A DNA stretch of 64,000 nt from Hormiphora californensis (Eukaryota > Animalia > Ctenophora). The stretch is taken from contig CM035358.1 of the NCBI GenBank assembly GCA_020137815.1, forward strand, positions 7,254,001 to 7,318,000. The letters are read 5' to 3'. The first letter of the stretch is position 1, and each line of letters starts with the position of its first letter. The notes under the pieces are model-generated. The model was given only the letters and a program-made list of their open reading frames with translations, did not search any database and was not told the DNA's origin. The position numbers and the translations under genes were made by a program. Positions 1-12,400 of the stretch are shown piece by piece.

Positions 1-1659
1 TAGAAGCAAATACAACGTGCACGTATAACAACTGTACACATGGTGGTGACAGGAAAAGATCTCAAGTTAATTACTGGCAATTACCGGGCAATCACCAGGC
101 CCCACACAACTAATAGCAAGGAGGAAGATGTTCTTAATTGGCCCTTATTACTTAATACTCATAACATGGGGCATTTTGGCCAAAGAACTTCCAAAGAAAC
201 ATGGCATATTATTATATTAACATTGGCATATTTTCCCTCTATCATTGGAATGCTAAGGGGTCGCTAGAGAAGGAAGACAATTTACAGACATAAAATATCC
301 CATAATTATTCACAAACATTACTTTTCCTTAGCAGTGGAAGGCGTATTGATTTGCAGAAGTTCCACTGGAACTTCTGCAAATCAATACGCCGACCAAGAG
401 CTCCAAAGAGCTCTAACTTTACCTATTCATACCTTAGACGGGTTAGAAACACCGTGTGCTTCACACACAGCAATAACAAATACACAGTAACACACACAGT
501 ATCACATAGGTCGGAAGTGTGTTGGTAGTACACTCGCCAAATCAGTTCTGTATCCGTGTCTAGCACACTGATACACACTGACACAGAGTTGCCTTTACAG
601 ACACTGAATCAACCAATAAATCAGACAGCAGTAGTAGTAGTACAATATGCTATAAAATTACACTATGGGAAACTCCATTTCCCTAAATTAATTTCTGAAT
701 TAGTTCCATCTGGGGGTCGTGCCAGGTGTCACCAATTCCATCATCAGTTCATTATCATGAGAATCTAGGCAGCTATATCGATAGGAACTATAATACCGCA
801 CACAGTTTAGTTGTATCATTTATTACTACATATTTAATTATATAATAATATGCTACAGGGTCTAGTGGCAGAATATGCAAAAATATGTCTCTGGATAAAT
901 GCCATCACTAGTTTGTCGGGGAGAGGAGGCCGGGTTTGTCGGGGAGGGGAGACCGGGTGGGCTGAATAACTTCCCATGAAATGGCCGGGGAGTGGTGAGT
1001 TGGTGAATAAGATGTGAAGCTGATGTGACTGTGAAGCAGACATGAAGTGAAAATGTTTATTTTAGAACCAGGGAGGCCAGGGAGAGATAGAAAGGAGAAT
1101 GGGCTAGGGAGAGATAGAGAGTGGAGAATGGGAGGCCAGGGAGAGATAGAGAGGAGAATGGGCCAGGAGGGAAGGACTATGGATGTATGGATCGTACAAA
1201 GTAAACAGGCCCATACACAAACACTGTGAACCAGAGGAAAAGAAAGAGGGGCTGGAGAGCCGGAGAGTGGGATAATATCTAAATCAGATATTATTATAGG
1301 ACATGAGTGAGTTCGACTGGGTAACTAGGGCCCATGTTCGACAGGATGGGCCCCTGATATATTACTGCAACATGCAATCAAAGAAACCATGGCCCTTCGA
1401 GAGACCCTGTGACACAGGGTCTGTGTACTATTGCCATTGAGATCAAGAGCACATATCAAATGGAATGATATTGGAGCAGCGACACATTGCGAACGTTTCA
1501 ATCTCATGATTGGAACGATTTTGGGGAAAAGAAAGGAAGGAGGTTACTGTCTGTTCGTTGCAGTTTTGTGAATGACGAATGTTATTGGAGCAATCCTGTG
1601 TGATCTTGGAAGGGTCGAGCTGAAACATATTTGACACACAATTACGAGTTTGACACAAA

Positions 1660-2062
<403 letters not shown>

Positions 2063-2100
2063 AATAAATGGTAGCATCATTCAGTTGTGAGCGAATTCTA

Positions 2101-2302
2101 TAGGGATCCCTAAAAAAGTTCAGTATTTACACAGCGTTTACACCATTTCAGCCATTACGGTTTTTCCCACGGTAGCGTGGGAAGAAAAATTTCGAAATCT
2201 GCGCTGTGATTGGCTTAAATTTTCCATCGTCAGAAATTTCAGCCAATCACAGCGCACTGGTGTAAACGCTGTGTAAATGCTGAACTTTTTTAGGGATCCC
2301 TA
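2101..2302. mobile_element. ~200-bp MITE
   Basis: ~45-bp TIRs tagggatccctaaaaaagttcag..acacca and its reverse complement; inner inverted repeat gcgctgtgattggct/agccaatcacagcgc. Confidence 0.8.
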
Positions 2303-2736
2303 TCGCTATCTGTCTGGCGCCGAGACCCCATCTGAGCGCACTGTCAAATGGGGTATGGCGCCGCCATACTGCAGATCGCTATAATGGAATTGGTATGCTA
2401 CCATTTATTACGATTTCAACAAAGTTCTAAACAAGTTGTGTTTTCGTTGTTGGCTATAAAAATAGATTGTTATAATAAAAGACAAAACGAAGAACACATC
2501 ACCCAGTACTGTAATTGTCAAACATTTTCAAGTCAAAATATAATGGTAAGAATACTATTCACACGTGCTCTAAGAATAATAATGGAACTCACTCGAAAAA
2601 CACTTGTGACAAATTCAAAACTGTAAATTGTGTCAAAACTTTGGGTCAACATAATAATAGCTCTTAAATTCAGCATCTCAAAATGAACTAAAACTGAAAA
2701 TACAGAACACCAATACCATCTCTCTCTCACAACATG

Positions 2737-2798
<62 letters not shown>

Positions 2799-2807
2799 TC
2801 AGTGTCC

Positions 2808-3448
2808 CTAACTCTGTTGCATTCTTGCTACTTGATCAACCCTCCTGGCCTCCTCAACTGTCTGAAGGTTTCTATACTTCAGAGCACAGTAACTGAGCAG
2901 TCGGTCTAGTTCCCCTGTCTCATCGAGTTCAACAACCTAATTAGAGAGAGGGGGTGTTAGAGTTCAATAGACTTCAATAGAGGGTTCAAAAAACGGAAGC
3001 ACCACTCAATCAAGAGAGAAACTTTCTTTATTAATAACTAATTAATTAATCAATTAGTTAATTATTTGTATCTCTGTACTCACGTCATCATAATCCCCGA
3101 CATATTGATCATCAATAAACAACATTGGAGTTTTCCTCACACCAGCCTTCTCAAATATTCTATTCCTCTCCTCTCTGTCCATACCAATATCAATGGGAAT
3201 CCACGGCTCAAAGTCCTCCCTCAGGTGAACCTAGGTGTAGGAGGTGGTTAGTCGAAAGATCTAAAATTTACAGACGATAGAACTGATTGGGGGCCGATTG
3301 ATAGCTGTGAAATCGGTTCCTAGAAGGGAAGATCCCGGTATTGTCACCTTTTTCCGTTCTAAAAGAGATTGAAGGAAGCGGCAGTTGTGTCTGATTTTCT
3401 CAGAAGATGTTGTAGTAGAATAGTAAACCCTGATCTTACCCTCACCAC
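2808..3448 (-). CDS. Last three filamin exons encoding an SH3BGR/glutaredoxin-like (thioredoxin-fold) domain
   Basis: Exons 3448-3348, 3230-3084 and 2936-2808 give GKIRVYYSTTTSSEKIRHNCRFLQSLLERKK|VHLREDFEPWIPIDIGMDREERNRIFEKAGVRKTPMLFIDDQYVGDYDD|VVELDETGELDRLLSY...QQS*. The pattern resembles SH3BGRL3 (RVY.S.T.S..I; P.F..D.Y.GDY; GEL..LL). No CxxC motif. Phase-1 join to the preceding Ig exon (3573) is in frame. Confidence 0.82.
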
Positions 3449-6400
3449 CTGACAATAGGAGAGAGAGATTTGTTAATTGTTACCATGGCAACCACTTGAT
3501 TAACAAGGAGATGCTGTTTGGAATGAGTTAGGAAGTTGAAAATGTGTCAAGTAGTTACCCTCCCCCACTCACCCAAATTGATATCCTTCTCAGGTCGGGG
3601 CATCACCATGACTTTGAATGGACTTCCCTTGATATTAAATTCATTCCACTTGATGTTTACAAAGTGAGGGATGGGAGTTTTAGGGATGAATGAGACATCG
3701 TAACAGTTAGGTTGTGTTTCCCTCACTTTGACTGGTACTAGGTTGTGATCATCGTCTTCCACTGCAATGTCAAGAGGTCCATTACCCGCAGACCTGCAAT
3801 CAACCTGATGGGATATTAGTGAGTTAGAGGGGGGTATAAGTGATGCAGATGGGGATTAGTGAGTGTGGACTGTGGGGACCATTACCCGCAGACCTGCGAT
3901 CAACCTGATGGGAGTGAGATATTAGTGTGTTTATAGAGTGGTTATAGAGTGGTTATAGAGTGGTTATAGAGTGTGGCATCAGCTGACTAGTGGATCAGTA
4001 TCAGTTAGAGATATTATTGGGATCTGGGGTAGTGGTTGTTCCGTGATGCAGTTACCTCAAATAGTGAAATCTTCCCGACAATCCCATGCATAAGACCAGG
4101 GCCAGTGGCCAATACAGATGAGGGGTTGAAAGGAGTCTTAACGTTAACATTGAACGGAGACTTGGCAATGTGGATATCTGAAAGATGGAGGGATATATTA
4201 GGTTAAAATGCGAATTTTAGTGGTCCAAACACGCCAAATATGATCCTGTAATTCCCCTTCCCCAATACCAGGAAACGACCGAACCGGGTTTTTTTCCACC
4301 GAACCGAACCGAACCGAATTTGAAAAACTTTTTTACCGAACCGAACCGAACCGAACCGAATTTCGGTAACCGAACCGAACCGAACCATACAAAACTTTTT
4401 CTGTATAAATGTTTCTCTAAAAAGTCATGGAGAGCACCGATCAAGGTATTGAGAATCATTCTCTGAAATTTTGTTAAAAAATGTTTGAAAAAATTTCAAA
4501 GTCAATTTTGTGAAAAAATTTTCAAAGTCAATTTTATCGTAAATTTTCTATGTCAATTTTTGCGTACGAATCGTGTTTCGAATCGGCAATGCTATACGGG
4601 AATGGTATTGCTAATTAGCAGGATTAAACGAACCATGAATCGTGTCTCTCTAAATTTCCCAATTAGATTTGATGGGGGATCACGTATCAGCACAATCCAT
4701 CTCGGACCCACTAATTACCAACATCACTCCCGTTTAGCATTGTCGATTAGAAACACGATTCGTACACCATAATTTACTTGAAATATTTTTTCCCTGCCCG
4801 GGTGAATGCCGAAGGCATTCACCCGGATGCCTTTTTACTTTGTAAAAAGGCATAGCAGGGTTAGAATTCGAAAACGACATTTTGGTATACTAACTAATCG
4901 GTAGAGGGACATTTTTTGGTCACACTTTCGTTGCGAGGGCAACGGTGTAGCAACTAGAGCCGCGCGCACAGTGACGAGCTACTCCTTCATCAAACACCTC
5001 ATTGGCACAGTTTCATGGACGTGTGTGCGCGCGCCACTCAACAAAACATGAAATGCTCTGCCGCGCGTTTCGCGTGTTACATACACATTTTCATCTTGCG
5101 AGTCGAGTGTGAGATGTTAGATAAGTAGTTAAGTTGGAATGTCAAAAGCTGGTTAGCAAGTATCATGTGATTGGGAGTTAGCTAACTCTAAGCTATGTGA
5201 GAAGTATACTGACAGCTAGATCGTATGCATCTCACATTACATTATGACCAAGCCTTGATCCTGTTGGCAGTGACAATGTCACTGACATGTGAAACGGTAG
5301 GGCAGGGAAACACAGCATTATGAATACATAATGCAATAATTCTTGTTCACAAAACAATTTTCACAAAATTTCAGGTAATGATTCTCAATACCTTGATCGA
5401 TGCTCTCCATGAATTTTTAGAGAAACATTTAATTTTGTGAAAAAACTTTGTAAAATATTTCAAAGTCAATTTCGGAAAAAAAATTCTATGTCAATTTTGC
5501 CGTACGAATCGTGTTGCGAATCGGTGATGCTATGCGGCAGTGCTCTCGCTAATTAGCAGGATTTATTGAAACATGAATCGTGTCCCCTAAACTTCCTAAT
5601 TAGATTTGATGGGGGATCACGTATCAGCATAATCCATCTCGGACCAACTAATTAGCAACATCACTCCCGCTTAGCAATACCGATTCGTAACACGATTCGT
5701 ACGCAAAAATTGACATAGAAAATTTTCCATAAAATTTACTTTGATATATTTTCCAAACTTTTTTACAAAATTTCAGAGAATGATTCTTAACACCTTGATC
5801 GGTGCTCTCCATGAATTTTTTGAAAAAAATAGTTTCTGAATTTGTTGACCCTCTCATGAGGATACGATTCGACGGGAAGTCAGGTATCAAATCAATCCAT
5901 ATCGAACCCGCTAACTAGCGAAATCATTTCCACATAGCACCACCGATTCGAAATAGGGTTAATACGGCGAAATTGACATAGAAATCCATACAATTTTCGT
6001 AAAATAATTGAAAAATTTTGCATGAAAAATCCCGATTTCTGGGCATTTTTTGACCAAAAAATTCGGTGGTTCGGCCAAAATTTCCTACCGAACCGAACCG
6101 AACCGAACCGCCCAAAAAACACCGAATTTCCGAACCGAACCGAACCGAACCGAATATTCGGTCGCTTCCTGCCCAATACCATTTAACCCCCTCCCCTTAA
6201 CCGTTTCCACCCCATTATCACCTCATAACCACATTACCACCCATTATGTAACAATATCCTACTTTTTGAAATCAGTGGTTGTCTGAATGTGACAGAAGGT
6301 TGCTCAATTCGTTTTATTAGCAGCTTAACGTCTTTATTGAAGAACTTTTCCGTGCTCCGATTTGTTAGCCGAATATTAACCGTGAATACCATTATAGTAC

Positions 6401-9400
6401 TATTTTGAAGCCAGGAGACTTTGTGTGTTTGTTTGTGTGTGTTTGCCCGCGACCTTAATTTTGCTCATCAAATTGTATCTACCTGACTAATTGACCTTCT
6501 CAGTACCATATAGAGCTTGGTAACACCATGAATTATACTCAACAAGCTAGAATGACCTGTTAACCTGTTCTAATCTAATCCTGCTAATCTATGAGTTAGT
6601 ACCTGCTAACCTATGTAGACTAGCACCTATATAACCTACCCGGTGGTGTTACAGCTGATGTATTAAGAGGTGGTGGTTTGTTCTCAGAGCTGACTCTAGC
6701 TGCACTAACAACGCTCTGACACTCTGAAGACACTACAGAATCATCCCCAATAGCGCTGTCAAAGGATCTGGATCTTGCAACTAGATTCCTCCTCCTTCTG
6801 AATCTCTTCCTGATAGTTTCCTGTTCATGTCTGATATTGTTCCTATCCTGTTCCTGTCTGATAGATGCAGCCTCCTCCCCCTGTCTAGTGTTCTCCACAA
6901 TATGAGGTGGAGGGTGACTCTCTGTGATATCTGTTTGGGTGGAGGCGAACTCAGTTAGAAGGGAGGTGAGGGATTGTGTCGGCGTGGGATCAAAGTCCCC
7001 TGGTACTATTTGGGTGGTTGAGGTAGTATACTCTTTATAGAATTGTTGGGTAGGACTGGTAGTCATGGTTGCTTCACTGACTCCATAATCAGTACTGCAC
7101 ATCTCGGCTGCTGAATCATACCCTGAACTCCTTGAATAACACACCCTCTCTACTACCTCAGTCCCCCTCTCCTTCCTGGAGTAGAAAGTCTCTAACTTCC
7201 CCAGACATGGAACACTGGACTGCACCACTCCCTCTGGTATCTTTCTGATTTGAGCAAGTCTACTAAACAGATACCCAGCTAGAAGGTCTTGTAACACCAG
7301 ACTGACCAACTCATCAAACTGAGACTGTGTAGCAATACTGGAAATAACGGCTGAACATATCTCTCGGAAATGGAAATCTCGGGTAGCTTTCCGTTGTCGA
7401 TATTGTTCCAGCATGCCCAGGAAACATATTCGAAAAGCAGAGTTTGATTGTGGAAGAGGTTTTAAACTCCTCGATCCTCTTGGCTTTGTTTTTAAAGACT
7501 TTAGTGCCTCGACGAGTGAAGACTTGGGGACGGGGTGGCTTCCCAGGAACCTGGGTGGTTGGGACTGGAGAGACGGAGGACTGTCGGGTGTTGGGGACTG
7601 TTGGAGAGGTTGCTATGGACTCTCTCTGGAACTGAGGGGTTGCTAGGGACTGCTGGGTGACTGGAGAGGGCTGTCGTGTCAATAATTTTTCAGGTGATAT
7701 TGACCTGGAAATGGATGGTGGTTTGAACTTGTTTCTAGGTGGTTGAAGTGCTAGATAGTCCCTGAAGTAATCATTCAGACCTTTCTTGATCTGGACAGAT
7801 GCTATAAACCTCACTCTCCTATATCTTTGTAGCTTCTCCTTGAAGTCCTTCCTTAGTAGCTCTCTCACAACATTCCTAGTGTACCTCTCCTCCCTACCCT
7901 TCTCCCACAGAGCATGGAAACTGACTGACATGAGGGCATCAATCAGGGTCTGGACTATCCTATTCTGGGTATTGTTAACAGTAGCAACCCGTGCTGGGGC
8001 TGCTGACAGGGCGTCAATAGCATCACTGGTAGACTTGAAGTGTGAGATAGTGGCCCTGTAAGCTTGACGTATTGTTGCTGCATTTATTGGCTCACAGTTC
8101 TCGAGTGAGGTAGTTATGTGGGAGATAAAACTGCAGAGGAAGAGTTTCCGTTCCCCATGGTAACCCTCAACCAACCCCCTCAACCCTTCAACTAACACTG
8201 AATCTGGGATAACATCGTGCTCTGAGACCGTTGAGAGGTAATCCAAATCGAGTTTTGAGACCTCCCTTGCTTCTGTAACAAGGTGACTAATAGGAGCTCC
8301 TCTACGGACTAGTGTCGGTGACTCGTTGGGTCCTTGTCTCTGTCTCACCATCCCATACCCCTCCTCAACTATTATATCCAGTATAGCCTTCTGGAATTGG
8401 TGGTTGTCCCTCATCTCGGCCGCAATCTGACACACGTGGCTGTCTAGATAAGAGTTCTCGAACTTAGAGATGATTTGTTCGATAGATGGTGCCCGGTGTA
8501 GCGCCCTCTGGTCCTGGACTGGGATCCTTGGTACCCGTCCCCCCTCAGGCATCACACAGGGAGCGTAGGGGGGTAATCTACTCTCTGATGAGGGTCTACT
8601 AGTCCTCCGTTTTGTAGTAGAGGGAGAGGGTGGAGGTAGTGGTGGTTTGTTGGAACTAGTGGATGTTACTGATCCTCTCCGGGGTCGAGTTGAGCCCAAA
8701 ATGGGGGAATTCTCGTGCGAGATGTTGTTGAATGCCTCCTCAAACTTGGCCCAATCCTCAGGTATCTCCTCCCCTTCACTCTCTATCAGTTCTCCCTTCT
8801 CGAACAGAATCCTGTCCTGTAGGACACCAGGACCAGGAGATTGGACTATAGGTGCACTAATCTCAATGGGGTGATGATCTGGTTCAATTAGGGAGGTATA
8901 ATCCTTCCTGCTAGGAGACTTCATCTGTCTGATAAATGTCTGCACGCTGAACCTCCGTGATTTGGGGGGTGCAGGTGGCGCCGAGACATCGGTCTCACTG
9001 GAACTGAGAGGTGCCATCTTGGAAATTGACTGACTTCTAGACAGCCGCCGTTTCATCTTCTTAACAAACCCACTGGGAGGTTTATGGACGGTTCGATCGG
9101 CTGAGTTCAGTTCAGACCGCACTACCTCTGATCGGGGCGAGGATATAATATCCCGATACGTGGCCGAGCCGAGAGAGTCATTACTAGGAGAGGTCGGCAT
9201 GGGTGGGCAGGATTCCGGACGGGACTTTTTACCCTTCAATTTCTTGAACAGACCCCCGATGGGGGAGGGAGAGTTTTTACTACGAGGACGAGCATCACTA
9301 TCACTCCCACTGTCAAATCTTTTGATGATGTTCGACACTGAAAATCTTCGAGTTTTCTTGCGAGATCTCTTGTAGGGATCTGCCTCCTCCAACTCAGAAC

Positions 9401-12400
9401 TCAGATTTGAATCCCGGTGTAGACTGTATCTGCTTGAATTGGTAGGAAGGGGGTGGGGATCAGGGGAGGGAGGTAAAGAGTCAGGTTGGGGAGAAGTTGA
9501 AACCATCCCTAGATCAGGCCCCTCCTGGGCCCGGTAATTTGGTCCCTCATGGGCCCGGTAATCCGTTCCAACTAATTCAGCCTGGATTATGGGTAGTTCC
9601 GTGTCGTGATCTACCACCTCCATGTTATCATCATGATGATCCACTACCTCTAGAGAGTCTCCAGGGATGGGGATATCGAAACTGTCTCCTCCCTTCTCTC
9701 CTGACCCGAGTTCATCCCACAGTGCGGAGGGGAAGGGAGATAAACTATCAATATCATTTGTCACTCTCTCCAGAGATGAACTTGTCACTGTTTCCTGGAA
9801 ACTCTCCTGCTTCTCAGCTGGGGACCTGTTTTTCCTCCGCCTCTGCAAGATGGCACGTTTGGAGTTTGCTGTCTCTGACTTTAAAGGAATGTGTTCAAAG
9901 GTCTCAAACTTGGACACCAGTTCTTCCACCGAGGGGGATCGCTCCATCATCGTCTTACCCCGATGGAGCGGTGGTTTCTGCCGTGGGGACTTTGGTGGTT
10001 TCTCTCCCATTAACGGGGGTGGGGGTGGTGTTACGAATTGGGGAGGTGGTTTGGTCGGGGAGGGTGTCCTGTGATCTGGTTGTAGATCTGAAGACGGCTG
10101 ATCAGGTTGTAAGGGATCAGTTTCAGTTAGAACTGGCACTGGTGACCATACCAAGTCCCCGGCCTCTGAAGGGGTCAGGTCAATTGACACCTGGGGGTCT
10201 GTCAGGTATTCTCCACTGTCCACACTTTCAACCCAAACCTGGCAGGCCCTGCTGGGCTCCTGTTCGAACAGCGATACATAGTCTGATAGTGATAGGTTGG
10301 GGATAGGGGTGGGTGCTGGGAAGAGAGGGGAGGGTGATGCTTGCTCTTGGAGGGGGTCCAGCGTCGGAGCGAGAAGTTTGAGGGGACTGGAACCACGAGA
10401 CTTTGAATCCTCTGCGCTATCATACCTAGAATCCATGGCAGAGTCGTAAGAAGCATGGTCACTCAGTGTACTAGCCCGGTCTAATTCCTGATACCCATCA
10501 TATGCAGTAGTAGAGGTAGAGGACTGGGACATGTTTGGGCATGTTGGTTGTGTGGGGGATGCTCTGTCAAGGTACCCGTCGTATAGGACGGGGGATTTAG
10601 TGAGAGAGGGAGATTGGCATGATGAAACCTCCGATGGTTCTTCAATGATTTCTCCCTCCTCCAGACTGCTTCTAATAGAGTCTCGTCTGATTACATCCGG
10701 AGTCAGTAGTATCGGGGGTCTGCCAGGGGATGGACTCCTGCCAATCAGGGCCCGCTCCAAACCCTCAATCTTCAGGGTTAGTTCCTCGATCCGAGACTCA
10801 AGAGGTTTTATGACAGTCTGAACGACCTCACCCTAGAATCTCTGAAGATCCAAAACCCATGGCTAGAAGGAATCTGACGAGGAATAGAGCAAGTCGGAGG
10901 CAAGTTGATCTGTATAATTCTCTAATCTTGGTCAGCATTATCAAGGATTGTTATACAATGTCTCATACACATACACAAGCAAGGCAGGCAGGGAGATAGG
11001 GAAGTGCGCTAGTTAATGAGAGCGTTTAACAAAGGGGGTTAAAATTCTGTTGCCATGGCAACCACAACTCTCTCACGTGGTGCATATAAGACCCCTTGAA
11101 AAAAGTAACGATTAGTGATGATCGCGCGGCCTAGTAACGGAAATGATTGGCGGTATACAATTATGTGCTAAGCTGTACATTTGAACGAAAAAGAAATAGG
11201 CTATACAATTGTCTTATCTTTTTGTTTGCCGTCAACCGTTTCTCTCTCTCTCTCTTTCTCTCTCTTTCTTTCTCTCTTTCTCTTTCTCTCTCTTTCTCTT
11301 AGTTGGCCTTTGTAACTGGATGTATGCCTCCGGGAACAGAACAAGCACATAGATAGAGAGAGAGTTCGGGGTTGCTATGGTTACGCATCTTGTTCGGAGC
11401 TCTCTTCCTTCCCAGGCAGCCTAGTGCTGCACCACCCCGGAAGTGGCCCCTAGGAGAAAAGAGAGAGTGTGGGACAATTCCGATCCAGTACCACATGTAC
11501 GTCATGCCGTCATGGTAACAATGAAGATCCTGGATTAGATATAGAGAAACCCCCATCAAAAGTTTGACCCGCCAATTAATTCCTGATTGGCGTCGCGATT
11601 AACCTCGCTAAAGAAGGTCGCGGCAAGAATAGCGTCGCTAATTCAGGCATTCGTCACGTTTTCACTGCGTTTTTACAAAAAAAAAGCAAATTTTTCAGCA
11701 TTTGAATTTTTCAAAATCAGCTGCTGAAAAAAACGAATGCTGAAAAATTTGCCTTTTTGTAAAAACGCAGTGAAAACGTGGCAAATACCTGAATTAGCGA
11801 CGCTATTCTGGCCGCGAATGAGCTTTTTCAGCGACGTTAATCGCGGGTCAAACTTTTGATGGGAGAAGGGCAGCTGCAGCAGCAGACCCCCTAAGGGGTC
11901 CAGGGGTAGAGCTCTTGTGACGAATAAGGAACAGAAATTGGAATAATAGTGCGGCAACAAAAAAAGGATAGAAGCTCGATTAGTATCGACGAAGGAAGCC
12001 TGGAAGCTTTCCAAAGAATGGTAAATCTTAAAGACACGGGATCATTTGAAAGGGTGTAACTAGTAGTTACTGCCCTGCACAGATGAGTCAACATATGGTA
12101 CAGGGTCTGAGGGCCGTGTGAAGTACTGTTAATGTTATGTTACTTGGTACTTAACTAGCAGCGTATACAGCAGCACATTGTTACATTTGTTACTTTCAAT
12201 AAAGTGAACCTAAAGTGATACTAAAGTTTCTACACTATAGTGTCTACTAAACCTGTTAATACTAAGTAATAAACCTGTAACCTGTCTCTAATTAGCTCGA
12301 TACCTATCCCTTGCCAGCAAGAAGAGTTTCTAAGGAGCCCAATAGGACTGTCACCTGTAACCTGTCTTGGGCAAACACAGACACAAAGACACACAACAAC

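Noticed and set aside
7413-10821. Plus-strand ORFs (also 20801-21457 and 24032-26903)
   Set aside because: Antisense shadows of the long minus-strand low-complexity ORFs
10833-10910. Stop-codon readthrough linking filamin exon 17319 to the 1148-aa ORF via a phase-1 acceptor near 10909
   Set aside because: The frame matches but needs two TAG readthroughs; a 1-in-3 coincidence is sufficient
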